Assembly (NCBI RefSeq): GCF_018350175.1 | Contig: NC_058368.1 | Location: forward strand, 1,488,001-1,552,000 | DNA: 64,000 nucleotides | Direction of reading: 5' to 3' | Origin: Felis catus | Taxonomy: Eukaryota | In this document: piece by piece, positions 62,463 to 64,000 of the stretch | How positions within the stretch are numbered: the stretch's first letter is position 1 | Layout of the letters: the number at the start of each line of letters is the position of its first letter | Position numbers and translations under genes: made by a program | Notes under the pieces: generated by a model | Database searches by the model: none | What the model was told of the DNA's origin: nothing | Seen by the model: the letters and a program-made list of their open reading frames with translations, nothing else

Positions 62463-64000
62463 GACAGACTCATTTTAGACCTAAAAACACCTGCAGATTA
62501 AAAGAGAAGGGATAGAGAAACATCTATAATATAAATGGAGGTCAAAAGAAAGCTGGAGTAGCAATACTTATATGGGACAAACTAGACTTTAAAACAAATA
62601 CTGTAACAAGAGACAAAGAAGGGCATTATAAAACAATAAAGGGAACGACCCAAAATAAGATGTAACAATTGTAAATATTTATGCACCCAACATGAAGCAC
62701 CCAAATACATAAAACAATAACAAACATAAAGGAACTCATTGATAATACTACAATAATAGTAGGGGGCTTTAACACCCCACTTACATCAATGGACAGATCA
62801 TCTCAACAGAAAATCACCAAGGAAACAACGGCTTTGAATAACATACTGGAACAGATGGATTTAACAGAGATATTCAGAACATTCCAACCTAAAACAGCAG
62901 AATACAAATGATTATCAAGTGCACATGGAATAAGAGATCACACATTAGGCTACAACACAGGCCTCAACCAATTCAAGAAGATCAAAGTCATACCCTGCAC
63001 CTTTTCTGACCACAACACTATGGAACTAGAAGTTAACCACAAGAAAAAACCTGAAGGCCACAAATACACAGAGGTTCCATAAAATGCTACTAAACAATGA
63101 ATGGGTCAACCAGGACACAAAATAAGAAATAAAATGAAAGTACAAGGGTCCAAAATCTTTGGGATGCAGCAAAAGCAATTCTAAGAGAGAAGCTTATAAC
63201 AATACAGGCCTACCTCAAGAAATAAGAAAAATTTCAAATAAATAACCTATGCTTAACCCAAAGAGGCTAGAAAAAGAACAAACAGAACCAAAAACTAGCA
63301 GAAGGAAGGAAATAATAAGGATCAAAGCAGAAATAAATGATATAAATAACAGATCAATGAAACCAGGAGCTGATTTTTACAAAATTAATAAAATTGATAA
63401 ACCTCTAGCCAGACTTATCAAAAAGAAAAAAAAGGACCCAAATAAAGTCACAAATGAGAGAAAACAAGTAACAACCAAAACCACAGAAATACAATTACAA
63501 GAAATTATGAAAAACTAGATGCCAACAAATTGGACGACCTAGAAGAAATGGATAAATTCCCAGAAACATATAAATTACCAAAACTGAAACAAGAAAAAAT
63601 AGAAAATTTGAATAGACTGATAACTGGCAAAGAAATTGAGTCCGTAATCAAAATCCTTCCAACAAACAAAAGTCCTGGACCAGACGGCTTCACAGGTGAG
63701 TTCTACCAAACATTTAAAGTAGAGTTAATAAGTATTCTTCTCAAACTATTCCAAAACATAGAAAAGGAAGGAAAACTTCCAAACTCGTTCTATGAGGTCA
63801 GCATTACCCTGATACCAACATCAGATAAAGACAGCACTAAAAAAGAGAACTATAAGCCAATATCTCTGATGAATACAGATGCAAAAGTCCTCAACAAAAC
63901 ACCAGCAAACTAAATCCAACAATACATTTAAAAAACCATCCAGGACGATCAAGTGGGATTTATTCCTGGGTTGCAAGGGTGGTTCAACATTCGCAAATCA

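Larger units (their letters stand above)
1..64000 (-). other. CRYL1: Internal part of the CRYL1 transcription unit (part of intron 3, exon 4, intron 4, exon 5, part of intron 5; human numbering)
   Basis: Two consecutive CRYL1 exons in correct order on the minus strand, 6.9 kb apart. No upstream (KEMK...MHIQ) or downstream (EGIVSP...) exon found, so both window ends are inferred to be intronic. Confidence 0.85.
59250..64000 (+). mobile_element. Long carnivore L1 (5' UTR, disrupted ORF1 from about 60344, disrupted ORF2 from about 62110 to window end), antisense to CRYL1
   Basis: ORF 60653..60913 (RLRELSDSIKRSNICIIGIP..EKEAENLFEEIIPENFPNL) is ORF1p; ORFs 63249..63518 and 63530..63913 ([17 protein letters not shown]...[17 protein letters not shown]) are ORF2p; many stops and frameshifts. 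Confidence 0.95.

Noticed and set aside
59250..64000. Potentially active L1
   Set aside because: ORF1 and ORF2 are broken by stops and frameshifts, and a SINE sits in the endonuclease region.
1..64000. CRISPR array, operon or other prokaryote-type novel system
   Set aside because: Sequence is mammalian intronic DNA; no regularly spaced repeat-spacer array or dense gene cluster.

Overview
Mammalian (carnivore, almost certainly felid, judging by about 32 tRNA-derived Can-SINEs including young SINEC_Fc-type copies) genomic DNA lying wholly inside the CRYL1 gene (lambda-crystallin homolog / L-gulonate 3-dehydrogenase), transcribed on the minus strand. Two coding exons are present: 12368-12529 (162 nt, [12 protein letters not shown]...VAHP) and 5278-5472 (195 nt, [12 protein letters not shown]...WRLVE), corresponding to human exons 4 and 5; the flanking exons were not found in the window. 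The rest is intron: Can-SINEs, nested and decayed L1s (one near full length at the right end), MaLR/ERV LTRs, hAT MITEs (MER5, MER20, MER33, MER58), L2/MIR relics and microsatellites. I see no evidence for a novel protein-coding system. The most interesting observations are a CpG-rich intronic patch apparently built from ancient L2/L1 relics by directional AT->GC change (candidate fossil recombination hotspot), repeat-poor blocks that may be long-range GJB2/GJB6 enhancers, an AG|GTAAAT recursive-splice-like exon start, inverted SINEs around exons 4-5, two perfect palindromes and several serial/nested insertions. Repeat subfamily names are from remembered consensus similarity and need RepeatMasker/Dfam confirmation.
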